Assembly (NCBI RefSeq): GCF_018977255.1
Contig: NW_024704743.1
Location: forward strand, 113,090,001-113,154,000
Reading direction: 5' to 3'
DNA: 64,000 bases
DNA from: Callorhinchus milii
Taxonomy: Eukaryota
Shown: positions 48,685-61,670 of the stretch, piece by piece
Numbering within the stretch: the first letter of the stretch is position 1
Layout: every line of letters begins with the position of its first letter
Program-made: the position numbers and the translations under genes
Notes under the pieces: generated by a model
What the model was told of the DNA's origin: nothing
Databases searched by the model: none
Seen by the model: only the letters and a program-made list of their open reading frames with translations

Positions 48685-50389
48685 ACAGTAATTAGGAACA
48701 TTAAGACAGATTGTAAGAGTTTTTATAAATACATTAAGAGGAATAGACTGGCAAAAGTAAATGTGGGTCCATTACAGGCAGAGACAGGAGGAATTAGAGT
48801 GGGGGATAAGGATATGGCCGAGTCCCTAAATAAATACTTTGCTTCTGTCTTCACGTTAGCAGACACAAGAAGTTTACCAGAAATAGAGATGAACCAAGGG
48901 GCTAATGATAGGGAGCAACTTAGGAAAAATTACATTAACAAAGAATTGGTGCTAGGGACATTGTTGGCATCAAAAAGTGACTAGTCCCCTGGACCTGATG
49001 GTCTGCATCCTAGGGTTTTAAAAGAGGTAACACATGGGATAGTGGAGGCCTTGTGTCTGATCTTCCAAAATTCTTTGGATTCTGGAACAGTTCCCATTGA
49101 TTGGAAGATCGCAATATGATTAGACAGAGTCAACATGGCTTTACAAAAGGGAAGTCATGCTTAACAAATCTTGTAGATGTTTTTGAGGACATATCAAGTA
49201 GGTTAGATAGGGGGGAATCAGTGGATGTAGTGTATTTAGATTTCCAAAAGGCATTTGATAAGGTGCCACATAAAAGGTTGATCCACAAGGTTAGAGCCAA
49301 TGGAATTAAGGGGAATACATTAGCATGGATTGAAGAATGGCTAACGGGAAGAAAACAAAGAGTAGGGATAAACGGGTCCTTCTCAGATTGACGGGATGTG
49401 ACAAGTAGAGTGCCACAAGCATCAGTGCTTGGGCCTTAACTATTTACAATATACATCAACGATCTAGATGAGGACATTGAACTTAATATATCCAAATTCG
49501 CAGATGACACTAAGCTAGGAGGGAGAGTAAACACTGAGGATGACATTTAAAAAATGCAACAAGATATAGATAGGCTAGATGAGTGGCCAAATAGGTGGCA
49601 GATGAAATATAATGTAGGGAAGTGTGAGGTCATCCACCTAGGTGGTAAAAACAGTAGAGCAGATTATTTTTTAGAAGGGGAGAGACTAGAAGAGGGACTT
49701 GGGTGTCCTTGTTTAGTTTGCAGGTACATCAAGCAATTAGGAAGGCTAACGGTATGTTGGCATTTGTTACAAAAGGGTTAGAATACAAGAGTAGGGAAGT
49801 CTTGCTGCAATTGTATAAGACCCTGGTGAGACCGCACCTAGAGTATTGTGTGCAGTTTTGATCTCCTTATTTAAGAAAGGATGTACTTGCCTAGGAGGGG
49901 GTACAACGTAGATTCACTAGGTTGGTACCAGGGATGAGTGGGATGAGTTATGAAGATAGGTTGAGCAATTTAGGCCTATATTCTCTAGAATATAGAAGAA
50001 TGAGAGGTGATCTTATAGAAACCTATAAGATTATTAAAGGGCACGACAGAATAGTGGGAGACTTTTTCCCCTGGTTGGAGAAACTATAACCAGGGGTCAC
50101 AGTCTTAAAATTCAGGGTAAACCCTTTCGCATTGAGTTGAGGAAAAACTTCTTCACTCAGAGGGTAGTGAATTTATGGAATTCTCTACCCCAATGGACTG
50201 TAGATGCTCAGTCTTTGAACATATTCAAGACTGAGATTGATAGATTTCTTGTGGATAAAGGGATTTAGGGATATGGGGATAAGGCAGGTAGGTGGAGTTA
50301 GAATAGATCAGCCATGATCTTATTGAATGGCGGGGCAGGCTAGAGGGGCCGAATGGCCTACTCCTGCTCCTAATTCTAATGTTCTTATG
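48685..50389 (+). mobile_element. 5'-truncated CR1 LINE with internal deletion, inserted in a SINE
   Basis: [41 protein letters not shown]; tail ttctaatgttcttatg; similar to the 25175-26745 copy. Confidence 0.93.
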
Positions 50390-50549
50390 ATTGAAGTGAC
50401 CCTTTTTTTGAAGGGATTATTAACCTGGGGGCGGGGGGTGGGGAGGAATGATATTTTATGGTTCTGTATATTTCTGCTTTTCGCTACTTCACAGGGGTTT
50501 TAGGAAACAGAATTGTTCTAGCAAATAAGCAATGCCTTCCACCCTGATT

Positions 50550-51865
50550 GCCCCCCTCCCCTCACCACCACCCCACTCTCTGCCTCACGACCACCCACTC
50601 TCTCTATCCCCCCCACCAACTCACTCTGCCCCCCACCCCACTCTCCCTACCCCCCCACCCCAATTCTCTCTACCTCCCCACCACCCTATCTCTGCTTTCC
50701 CACCATCACCCCAGTCTCTCAAACCCCACACCACCGCCCCACTCTCTCTGCTCCCATGCTCTGTTCCCACCACCCCACTCTCTCTGCCCCCCACCACCCC
50801 ACTCTATCTGCCCCCCACTACCACTCCACTCTCTCTGCCCACCCACTACCCCAGTCTCTCTTCCCCCCCACCCCGCACCACTGCCCCACTCTCTCTGCCC
50901 CCCCACCATGACCCTACTCACTCTGCTTCCTCACCATGACCCCTCTCTCTCTCTCTCTGCCCTCCTACCATCACACCACCCTCTCTGCCCCCACTCCACT
51001 CTCTCTGCCCCACACCCCACTCTGCGCCCCTCACCACCCACTCTCTTGCCCCCCATTCTGTCCCCCCATTCTTCCCCCCATCACCACTCCCTCTCTGCCC
51101 CCCCACCACCACCCACTCTCTGCCCCCCACCACCACCACCCCACTCTCTCTGCCCCCCACCACCACCCCACTCTCTCTGCCCCCCACCACCACCCCACTC
51201 TCTCTGCCCCCCACCACCACCCCACTCTCTCTGCCCCCCACCACCACCCCACTCTCTCTGCCCCCACCACCACCCCACTCTCTCTGCCCCCCACCACCCC
51301 ACTCCTCTGCCCCCCACTCTCTGCCCCACCCCACTCTCTGTCCCCCCACCTCTGCCCCCCCCATCTCTCCCCCACTCTGCCCCCCCACCACCACCCCACT
51401 CTGCCCCCCACCACCACCCCACTCTCTCTGCCCCCCACCACCACCCACTCTCTCTGCCCCCCACCACCCCACTCTCTGCCCCCCAATCACCACTCCACTC
51501 TCTCTGCCCCCCACCCCATCTCTATACCCCTACCCCACTCTCTCTGCGCCCCCCACCATCCCACTCTCTCTGCCCACCCACCACCACCCCTCTCTCTTCC
51601 CCACTCTCTACCCCCCACTCTCTGCACCCATCACACCCCTCTCTGCACCCCATCCCACCCCACTCTCTCTGTCCCCCCACCACCATCCCTCTCTTCCCCC
51701 CCCCACTCTCTGCCCCCCCACCACCAATACACTCTCCCTGCCCCCCCACTCTCTGCCCCCCCACCATGACCCCACTTTCTTTGGCCCCCACCGCTCTCTC
51801 TGCCCCCCTAACCCACTCTCTCTGCACCCCCCACCACCCCACTATCTCTGCCCACCCACCACCAA
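50550..51865. repeat. C-rich degenerate ~27-bp minisatellite CCCCACTCTCTCTGCCCCCCACCACCA
   Basis: Homogeneous core ~51110-51300, degenerate flanks. Confidence 0.95.
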
Positions 51866-54800
51866 AATTGACTAAGGACCATCCGGTAACAATCAACCAG
51901 TGGTCCAGAAAAAAACAGTATTTGTATTTGTTTGTTACCTCGTTTACCTTTGGCTGAACAGGTTGATTATCTTTTATGTGAAATAACATTCACGTTTACA
52001 CCTATAACTTTTATATACTCTCAATTGATTTGTGTCCTTGTGTCCCTTCTTGTGGTGGGCTCAGTTGTGACATACTATATGTAAATATATGTTGTTTATG
52101 CATGCTGTCTCACAGCGCTGTGTTTATGTGATGAATCATGTTTAGATTGAATAATACCTCAAATATTGGATCTGCAGTTAGGATGTTCAAGGATCATGTA
52201 TTCTCCTCCCATCACTTTCAACTGGAGGAGATGCAGTTTAGGATAACTTCAGAACTTGTCTCATCAACCATATCTGTGAATTCATGTGTAGCTGTGAATT
52301 GACATAGCTGTGTACACAATGGATCCAGTTTATCTGTAGTTTATGTATTCTCCTTTTTTTTAGAATCCAAAATCCTGGTATTTTTTTCACTCTTGTATCT
52401 TAGTCATTCGGCTCCGCTATTTCTGTTAATGGGCCACTGTACCACAGATTCTTTCTGGAGAATACCATAACAACTTGGAATGCCCTCTGACCTTATTGTC
52501 AAAAGCAATGTGAACACATTCAGATCTTTTATTCCACATTTTTCTCCATGTAAAGTAGAACAACAACAAACAACAAATTGTATTTATATAGCGCCTTTCA
52601 CGTCACAGCTAAATAGATTGATTTCAGTTCACATCTGTGTTAAACTAAGGAATTGGTAGGAATTAATTCACTTCTAAACATTGTATATTTTTAATTTAAC
52701 AGTACTGCACTCCAGTTTCCACTCAATTTACTAATATCATAACCTTATTGTGATGTATTTGGTATCCTCTACAATTTAATACTAACTCATAGGTTATTGA
52801 CTGATATCTTGTTTCTTCATTGCATAACAGAAGATGATTAACATATGACTTTTCAAATAAAACATGACATGAACAGTATAGAGCTGAGTGTGATAAACAT
52901 AGTTTTTTTCTTTAAACACTAGAGGATTGTATTCCTTTTTACAAAGGCAAATTTGTGCCAAGAGCGTGACTGAATTAATTTTCCCTATCTGACTTATATG
53001 ACTTTAATTTAGTATCTTGTATCTGGCAACCAATAAGAGGTAAAGTTAGAATTTAAAGGAATGTGAGGACCTATGTTATGACAACTCAAAGGTGATTCTG
53101 TAGGTTTATTATACACTAGGTTCTTATGAACCCAAGTGTAAACAGGGTCATAACACACCATTCCTTTGTGCATCAGGGCTGAATACAGTGCATTTTTGTT
53201 CAAGTGATTTATTTAAAATGTTATTACTTTCGGCTGTATTCACAAACTGTTTTTTGATTGAGAAGGGTTAAAATATGTTACATGACTTTCCAGCAGTTAT
53301 TTCACGTTCATCCTCTCTTCATGTATCCTCGGGTCACATATAATTCTATACACGACAACATTCTCTGCCAATGTTGCTGTTGAAGCAGCCCAGGCACTCA
53401 AAAATATCCAAAAGCAGCCTGAAGCCAACACAACTTCTAGTTTCCTATGATAGAAAGATATCTGCACTTCACAATTGGGGGGAATTTATACATAGGAACA
53501 ACCAGGTTGAAATTGCATTCTGAGAGTTCTACACACTGATGCATTTCCCGCTCCACTTTTGTTTTTTGTTATGTTTTTGCTTAGCTGCATTTTGGCATGT
53601 CCTCCTGATGTGAAAGTCACTGCTACAGTGTGTGTAAATAGCTGTTGCTTTATATTTTGAACTCTTCTCCTGTGATTAATAAAATAAGCCACAATGGTTC
53701 TGAAAGCCCAGGGTAGTGCTGAACCATTTGCACTGTGATGTTCATCCCAGTGATTGCTCTACATGATGGATTACCTAATGTATCATGGAGAGGCATTAAG
53801 AGAGGATAAACTTATAATAATAACCCTTGCATTTGATATTGCGCCTCGTTAAGATGTCTCAAAACACTTCACAGGATGTACTATAAAGTGGTTGTGACTG
53901 TGTGTGTATTTTGTGGATGGAATTTTCCACAATCAAGCAGGGGAAAACAGAGGATAACTCAATTTGGATCATTAATATGTGCATGGCTCCAAGTGGCCAG
54001 TTTATGAATACTATGTTCATGGGCATTCAATTTCAAACATGGGGATTTCCAGGTGGCAAACAGGGATACTCTTAAGCACGGTGATGGGTTTTCACATGTG
54101 TCAGACACACGGCTGACCCCAAAAGGTTAAAAAAAAGCTTAAAAGTTTCAAACAGTCCTGCAGTCTTCCAACAAAACAGATTTTATTCTGAATTTATATG
54201 TTGAGACTGAGAAATCATTCAGCAGCACAGCATGCCAGCACTGCACAGTGCTGGACTCCTGCAGCATTAAGATGCAATCGGAAACAACTCGCTCTTGAGA
54301 TTTTTTTATTGAAAGATTGAAGGTAGCTGATTAAAATGAAGTACTGTACTAATATCCTTATGTCCAGATCACCTGGCACAGCTGTTGGAAGTAGGGTTCT
54401 GCTTAACTTGTAATTTTATATTTGTTTAAATGTTATTTAAATGTCCACTTGTTTATCTTTGGAGGCAATGACTTGGAGGCTGACAAAGGATTAAAAATGT
54501 TCTTAAAGACAATTTATGGTTCATTTTTTGGAGTGCTGTATCACACAACACATAAATTATCCAGGTTTATTTATGTGAATCTGGGACAGTTAGACTTATG
54601 GAATGGAGTGAATAATCTACTGTTGCTCAGGTGCCTGGTATAAAAGTTACAGGAGTGCATTTTGTTCAGTGTAAACTGTAAATCTTACTGTTAGATCAAT
54701 TAAAGTTAGGTGCCATTTATCCAGTTCAAAAAAACCTACTGATTCAGTTAAGTGAATAATTCAAATAATTGATTGCAAATGTATTCTAAAGTAATAAAAT

Positions 54801-55095
54801 ATGAATCAATATTCAAAAGGAATTTTAAAAAGCCAACAGAATATTGGGATAAATAGTTTGTACAGTGGAAACGACAGAGATTACGGTAGTGTTTTACAGA
54901 ATTGACTGGAAGACACCTAGAATACGAGCTTCTGTTTTGAATATGATTGCATATCACTAAAATATATACTGTATTTGTATGCAAAATATACACAGAAATA
55001 AGCAGCTGAGTCAATCTCAAGTGCAACATGTATGCACAATAAAGAAAGATCGGAGAAACTTAAGCTCTACAATTACAAAGAAGGCAGTTAAGCAA

Positions 55096-55432
55096 TGGTC
55101 TCATTGAAATACAGTATAATAATAATAATCCTTGCATTTGATATAGCGCTTTTCACGTCGGGAGGACTTCCCAAAGCGCTTCACAGAACACACTGTAAAG
55201 TGAATTGACTGTATATTTGTGGGCGAACGCGGCAGCCAATTGCACACAGCAATGTCCCACAAACAGTCGTAGATTGAAAATGACCAATTTATTATTGTTT
55301 TGTTTTTTGGAGGGATTATTATTAGGCGTGTGGAGTAAGGAAACTTGCCCAAGGTTTCGCCCTGCCTGGAATTGAACTCAGGTCTCTCGCTTGCAAAGCG
55401 AGTGCTCTAACCACTGAGCTACAGGACTCCAC
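55096..55432 (-). mobile_element. Full-length tRNA-derived SINE, short subfamily, L2-like tail
   Basis: Head GTGGAGTCCTGTAGCTCAGTGGTTAGAGCA (A box) …GAGTTCAATTCC (B box); tail AAGCGCTATATCAAATGCAAGG(ATT)n. Confidence 0.92.
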
Positions 55433-56479
55433 AAGATTTATTGGCAAAGAAGGGGTAGCCCCAAACTATTATTTCAAATTAAGACGCAAAATAGACCCAG
55501 AAGAGATTAATGGAAATTAGTCAGACATATATCAGGAAAAACTTCATTACTCACAAAGTGATAAATGGTTGAAATAATATACCAAGCAAGATAACAGAGG
55601 AACAGACTTTGGGTATATTCAATATACTGTCCCATGCTGTGATGGGAGAGTTATAATTAAAGTTATAATCGTTACATTTATTATAGTAGCTTGTCAAATT
55701 GAAGTGTCTCACGGTAGTTGACAGAGGTTTCTGTAAAGTGTGGTGATTGTAATTCCAGGCAAGTTAATGTACAAAAGGGATGAGTTTTGATGGACAAACA
55801 AAGCTTCTCCCCTTCCCGTACTTTTATTCTTTTTTGAAGTCAGCATTTGAAGTCATGGAATCGGATACATCAATGAAACACATAGAAAAAAAAGTCATTC
55901 AATTTAGTTAACTGATTAATTAATATGATCATTCATCTAAAGCTTAGTTGTTAGGACTCTTGCTTCTGAATGAGACCATTGTGGGCTCAGGCTCCACCTC
56001 AGTGCATGAGTCTCATATTCCAGACTGATGCTCCAGTGCTCTACTGGGGGAACTGCTGCAATATTGGAAGTGGTGTGCTTTGGATAAGGCACTGAACCAA
56101 GATTCTGACTACCGTTCTTCAGGTGAACTTTAAACAACTCTTGACATTATTTGAAAAGACAAAGGAGATTGTCCTGGCCAGCAGTTCCAGACAAATTGAT
56201 TGCCAATAAGCCGATTTCAACTGTACGAACCCGACTCTACTAACCCAATGATGCAGACACAGCTTTTCTTTCTCTGGTCTGTCTTTTTTATTGCAATTTA
56301 ACCCCCCCCCCACACACGCACACTTTGTTTTGCATCATTAATACCTATTTTCCCCTGTTTTGTTGAAATCCCCCCTTTTGTTTTGCATCATTAACACCTT
56401 TATACCATCATACCCTGTCCTCTACCACATTTTCTTCTTTGTCTTCCTTGACCTGCCTCCCCCTCTCTGTTAGTCCTCT

Positions 56480-56818
56480 TCCTAAAGTGTGGTGCCCAGA
56501 ACTGAACACAGTCTCTACCTGAGGCCTAACCAGTGTTTTATAAAGGCTCATCATAACTTCCTCACTTGTATTCTATGCCCCTATTTATAAAGCCTAGTAT
56601 GCCATTTGCTTTTTTAACAGCTTTATCTACTTGTCCTGCCACCTTCAAAAATTTACTTATATGAACCCCAGGGTCTCTCTGTTCCTTCACCCCCTTTAAG
56701 ATAGTATCATCAGCTTATATTGCCTCTCTTTATTCCTGCTCCCAAAGTGCATCACTTTGCATTTCTCCACATTAAATTTCATCTGCCACGTGTCTGCCCA
56801 TTTTATCAGTCTGTCTAT
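56480..56818 (-). mobile_element. CR1 RT fragment
   Basis: Reverse complement resembles 20750-21075 (WADTWQM…LVRPQ…CVQFWAPH region). Confidence 0.8.
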
Positions 56819-57032
56819 TTTTGAGGGATAATAATCTCTCAAAAAAATAATAAATTGGTCATTTCAATCCACAACTGTTTGTGGGACACTGCTGTGCGCA
56901 ATTGGTTGCCGCATTTCGCCCACAAATATACAGTCAATTCACTTTACAGTCTATTCTATGAAGCGCTTTGAGACATCTGGAGGATGTGAAAAGTGCTATA
57001 TCAAATGCAAGGATTATTATTATATTATTATT

Positions 57033-57197
57033 AAAAGCCTCTCCCTCCCAACATGCTCCAATTCTGATGAAGGGTCGTGGACCTAAAACATTGACTCACT
57101 TTCCTTTCTCCATAGATGCTGCCTGACCTGCTGAGTGTTCCCATTGACTTTTGTTTTTGTTTCAGATTTCCAGCATCTGCCGTACTTTGCATTTTGT
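57033..57197 (+). mobile_element. Penelope-like element terminal fragment with decayed hammerhead core
   Basis: ttctgatgaagggtcgtggacctaaaacattgact…gatgctgcctgacctgctgag…tttcagatttccagcatctgc resembles fish/shark Penelope terminal repeats (recall); the upstream part may be ~56330-56470. Confidence 0.65.
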
Positions 57198-59304
57198 AAT
57201 TTATTCTTGTTGTACTTTACTGCCCTTGACCATTATTCCGAGCTGCAATACCAAAAAGATCCAGCAGAAAGAGCTTATCTGTTTGCTGATAACAGTTTAA
57301 CACAGCACACTTTATCTTATGTTGAAAATGCAATAAAATCACATAATGTCTACTATGAGAAGAAGGTAAGGTGTATCACCCTTACTATAGAGAATTTTCT
57401 TCAGCAAGAAAGAATTAAATGGCATTTTTTTAAAAAAACATGTGCAGGAAAAGTTTGATTTGGAATTTTGCCCTGAATCACGCTTTCATGACATGCAGGA
57501 TTGACTATTTGAATGCCTTACTCACTGGACTCCCCAAGGTACTCCCTACACGAGGGATAATATAATAATATAATAATAATCCTTGCATTTGATATAGCAC
57601 TACGCAGACCATCCAGAACTCTACAGCTCGAGTCCTATACCACACCAGATACCTCAAATTATCACCAGTTTTCACTCTGCTCTCCTGCCTCACCATCTTC
57701 CAGTGAATCAAATTCAAAATCCTTGATCTTGCTTTCAAATCCTGTCAAGGCCTTGTCTTACCCTACCTCTGTGACTTCCTGAAACTCTACCACCATGCCT
57801 GCTCCCTGTTCTCAACAAACAGTGGCCTGCTTTGTGTCGCCTGCCAAATCCGCCCCACCATTGATGGGTGAGCCTTCAGCCATTCTGCCACCGTTATCTG
57901 GAACACCATTACTAGACGTTAAAGATCCCATGGCACTATTGGAAATGAGAAGGGAGTTTTTCCTGGTGTTCTGGTCAATGATGAAAACCTTATCATCCAT
58001 TTCATGGCTGTTTGTGCGACATTGCTGCGTGCAAATGGGCTGCTACATTTGCCTATAATATGCAGTCACCGCACTTCCCTGTGAAGCGTTTTAAAACACG
58101 TGAATGTTTTAAATCATTTTTAATGACAAGGCACTTCACTGCAGCAAATGCGTGGATTGATTTTCTTCTTAACTGATGCACCTTGCGCTACCCTTCCCAA
58201 GAGTTCTTCCAAGTGATCCAGACGGGATTCGTTTTGTCCTTCCCAACTTACCACGCTTGGCACCTCCTGTGCATGTATTATTTTTGGGAGGAGGGAACCA
58301 GATCTAGCGAAAATATCATGGAAATTCAGCAATCAACGACCTCTTTACTGAACCAGTTCTTAGATGTGAAAGGCGCTCTATAAATGGAATCCTGTTGTTG
58401 TTGTTGTTGTTGATGATGATGTCCCATTGCCACCTGTGTGTCTCATGTAAAATTCAGATTAGAGAGGCACATCATTTAATTGTAACACTTACTGCAGCAC
58501 AACTATGGTTACCTGAGAGTGTTTTGGTTTTGCATCCATCCTTCTACAGCTATTTTTTTATTCTGACTTCCAATGGCTTCAGCTGATAGATCAAACCCAA
58601 GATCTGGTTAAAGCTCATTGTTTTAAGCATTTCTAAACCCACGTTATGCGTGTGCATCACTGTCTCCTCTTTCCTGTCCTGGAAGGGGGCAAAAAAAACA
58701 TGAACAATAAACGTTAAGCAAACACAGGTGCGTTTTGCACACAACCATCCCATTGGCATTTCAAATGCAGCATTTTGATGTGTGGGACGAGAGGAAAGTG
58801 AAAGAGCAAAGTGAGACACTTGTTTGGTGTCTTTAAATATCTATGGGGGGGGAACTGTTTGATGTGCCAGAAAGTTGCACACATCTCCAAAACAACTGTA
58901 AGTGGAGTGAAGCCAAGTGTTTGCATTCCTCTGGGCTGTGATAGAATGAATGGCCTTAAAGGCAGCTCGGGTTGGCCATTCTGAGTCACTTAGGGCGAGA
59001 GTGAGAGAGAGAGAGGGAGAGAGGGAGAGAGAGGGAACACTTTCACCACTTGCAACACTGCCTTTGGAAAACAAGTCCCAGCAAATCATCACTCAACGAT
59101 CTCAGCCCTTTCAGCTCAACCCACGGCTCCGGAGCGTCCAACTCCCAACCGGTGCATTGCTCCCCCTCTGAAACAGGGAGGATCGTGAGCTCTTCTCGTA
59201 CCCACAGAGTCGGATTTAATCTCTGCGGAATAGGGATCGACGTTGTTGAGACTCCCTTTAACCTGTCCTTCGCGAAGAGGATCGCACACGTTTGTACCCC
59301 CACA

Positions 59305-59520
59305 CCCTCTCTCTCTCTACCCCCTCTCTCTCTACCCCCTCTCTCTCTCCCCCTCCTCTCTCTCTCCATCCCCCTCCCTCCCACTCTCTCTCTCCCCCTC
59401 TCTCTCTCCCTCTCTCTTCTATCTCTCCCCCCCTCTCTCTCCCTCCCTCTCTCTCTCTCCCCCCCTCTCTCTATCTCTCCCCCCCCTCTCTCCCTCCCTC
59501 CCTCTCTCTCTCTCTCTCTC
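59305..59520. repeat. (CT)n/C-rich polypyrimidine tract
   Basis: Directly visible. Confidence 0.95.
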
Positions 59521-59671
59521 ACCCTCTTAAAGGAAGATCAGCCTTTGAAAGTGTTTTGCTTTAAGGCTGAGCTTCGAAACCCGGGCTGTTTAAGAAGAAG
59601 ATCTGAGCGACTTGCCCCACGGACCCCCTTAACTCTCCCTCTCTCTCCCTCTCTCTCTGTGGGAGGCAGTG

Positions 59672-60046
<375 letters not shown>

Positions 60047-60107
60047 GTCATTTCGCATCCCTGGACGTCCTCCCAAGTCGGCTGGAGCTTGTGGTCCTGT
60101 GGTCCCG

Positions 60108-60327
60108 ATGGGGGACGCGGGGCAGTGGCTGCTCCTGGCCGGGCTGCTGTGGCTGTCGGAGCTCACGGACGGCGGGTGCTCGGAGTCCGGCAAATGCTGC
60201 AAAGGCAGAGACCACGGATGCGGTGGCCCGGGCTGGAGAGCGGACCGGGTCTACGGGACCTGCTACTGCGACGAAGCTTGCCAGAGCACCGGAGACTGCT
60301 GCTACGATTACACCCGGACCTGCCCAG
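60108..60327 (+). CDS. SBSPON: First coding exon of somatomedin-B and thrombospondin type-1 domain-containing protein (signal peptide + SMB domain)
   Basis: [73 protein letters not shown] matches SBSPON GCAEAGRCCPGRDPAC…GWRLDRVYGTCFCDQAC…GDCCFDYDRACP; donor CAG|GTAAAG, phase 1. Could be a paralog; later exons lie beyond the window. Confidence 0.9.
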
Positions 60328-60402
60328 GTAAAGGCGTCTGTGGGCGCAGCAGCAGCAGCGCAAAGCAACCCCCCCCCCCCCCCTCCACCCCCACTCTCCT
60401 GG

Positions 60403-60597
60403 ATAATAATAATAATCCTTTGCATTTGATATAGCGCTTTTCACGTCGGGAGGACGTCCCAAAGCGCTTCACAGAACACACTGTAAAGTGAATTGACTGT
60501 ATATTTGTGGGCGAACGCACGGCAGCCCAATTGCGCACAGCAGTGAACGTCCCACACACAGTCGCGGATTGAAAACGACCAATTTATTATTGTTTTT
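60403..60597 (-). mobile_element. 5'-truncated SINE in SBSPON intron 1 (other truncated copies at ~10977-11170, 12396-12499, 14470-14585, 36963-37075, 38853-38970, 53815-53920, 56820-57031)
   Basis: aataataatcc(t)ttgcatttgatatagcgc… shared tail and body. Confidence 0.88.
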
Positions 60598-61414
60598 GGT
60601 AAATGACTGTCTGATCCTGTCGCCAAACCTTGTCTGGGTTTGCGTGCACAGGTGGGGGAACTGTTAGTAAGTTTTATCGCTGTGCGTTAAAAAAAAATGG
60701 GCTCAGATGGATCGAATCGATCAAATACCATGAAGGAATGAATGAATGAATTGCCTGAACCCTTCCCACAGAGCCCTTTTTTGTGCCGACGCAAGACTCC
60801 CAGTTTGGCTCACTCCAGGCGCACAGGAGTCAGTCAGTACAGTCAGTCAGTGCTTTCCTTACAATCTGTCACCAGCCAAGATTTAAACTAAATGGCTCTC
60901 CAATTCAAAATCCTCCCACCAGATAATACATTGGGATGACAAGTGGCAAGAGTTTGTGGTTTGGAAGCTGTGGACCTTTGGATGAGCTGAGGCTGACATT
61001 GTCCTGTGGGCGACACTGGGCTCTGTGTACAGTTTTGCCCCTCATCCTGGCTCTCTGCTCCCTATAAACTTAATACCACCGCCACCTCAAAACTTCTGAC
61101 AGATCTTTCGACTTTGTGTTTGTCAAGTTATGCAGAGGCTTTCATTTTTTTTAAGCGAAAAAAAAAGCAATTTAAAAAAGCTCCTTAAAATTTGCACAAA
61201 AAACAAAACAAAACAGCCACCGTTACAAAACAGATTGTTTTTTAAGTTTGTAACTGGGATTCGCGTTTAGTGAGATAAATGTCATAAAACCCAACCCTCA
61301 CGGTGATGATCTGGTTAAAAAGATGCTGATCAGCAGCCATGTTCAGGCAGCAGATTTTCATTTCCATTTTGGGAAGTCAAGAGAGAAAAGTGTTCTTGAA
61401 CTGGCTCAGATCTG

Positions 61415-61670
61415 CACCAGAGGTGAGGAGAATTTTTTTTTCACACAGCGAGTTGTTTGGATGTGGAAATCGTTGCCTGAAAGGGCGGTGGAAGCTGATT
61501 CCATAACAGCTTTTAAGAAAGAAGTAGATAATTATTTGGGGAGGACAACTTTGCGGGGCTATGGGGAGAGATCGGGGGAATGGGATTGATTTGGCTAGTT
61601 TTTTTCAAAGAGCTGGCACAGACATGATGGGCTGAATGGCCTCCTTTTGTATTGTATAATTCTATGATTC
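61415..61670 (+). mobile_element. CR1 3' end fragment
   Basis: NFFFTQRVVWMWKSLP C-terminal motif, followed by gggctgaatggcctcc…attctatgattc tail. Confidence 0.88.

Noticed and set aside
50532..51989. Long Pro-rich / Gly-Trp-rich ORFs
   Set aside because: Low-complexity translations of the C-rich repeat.
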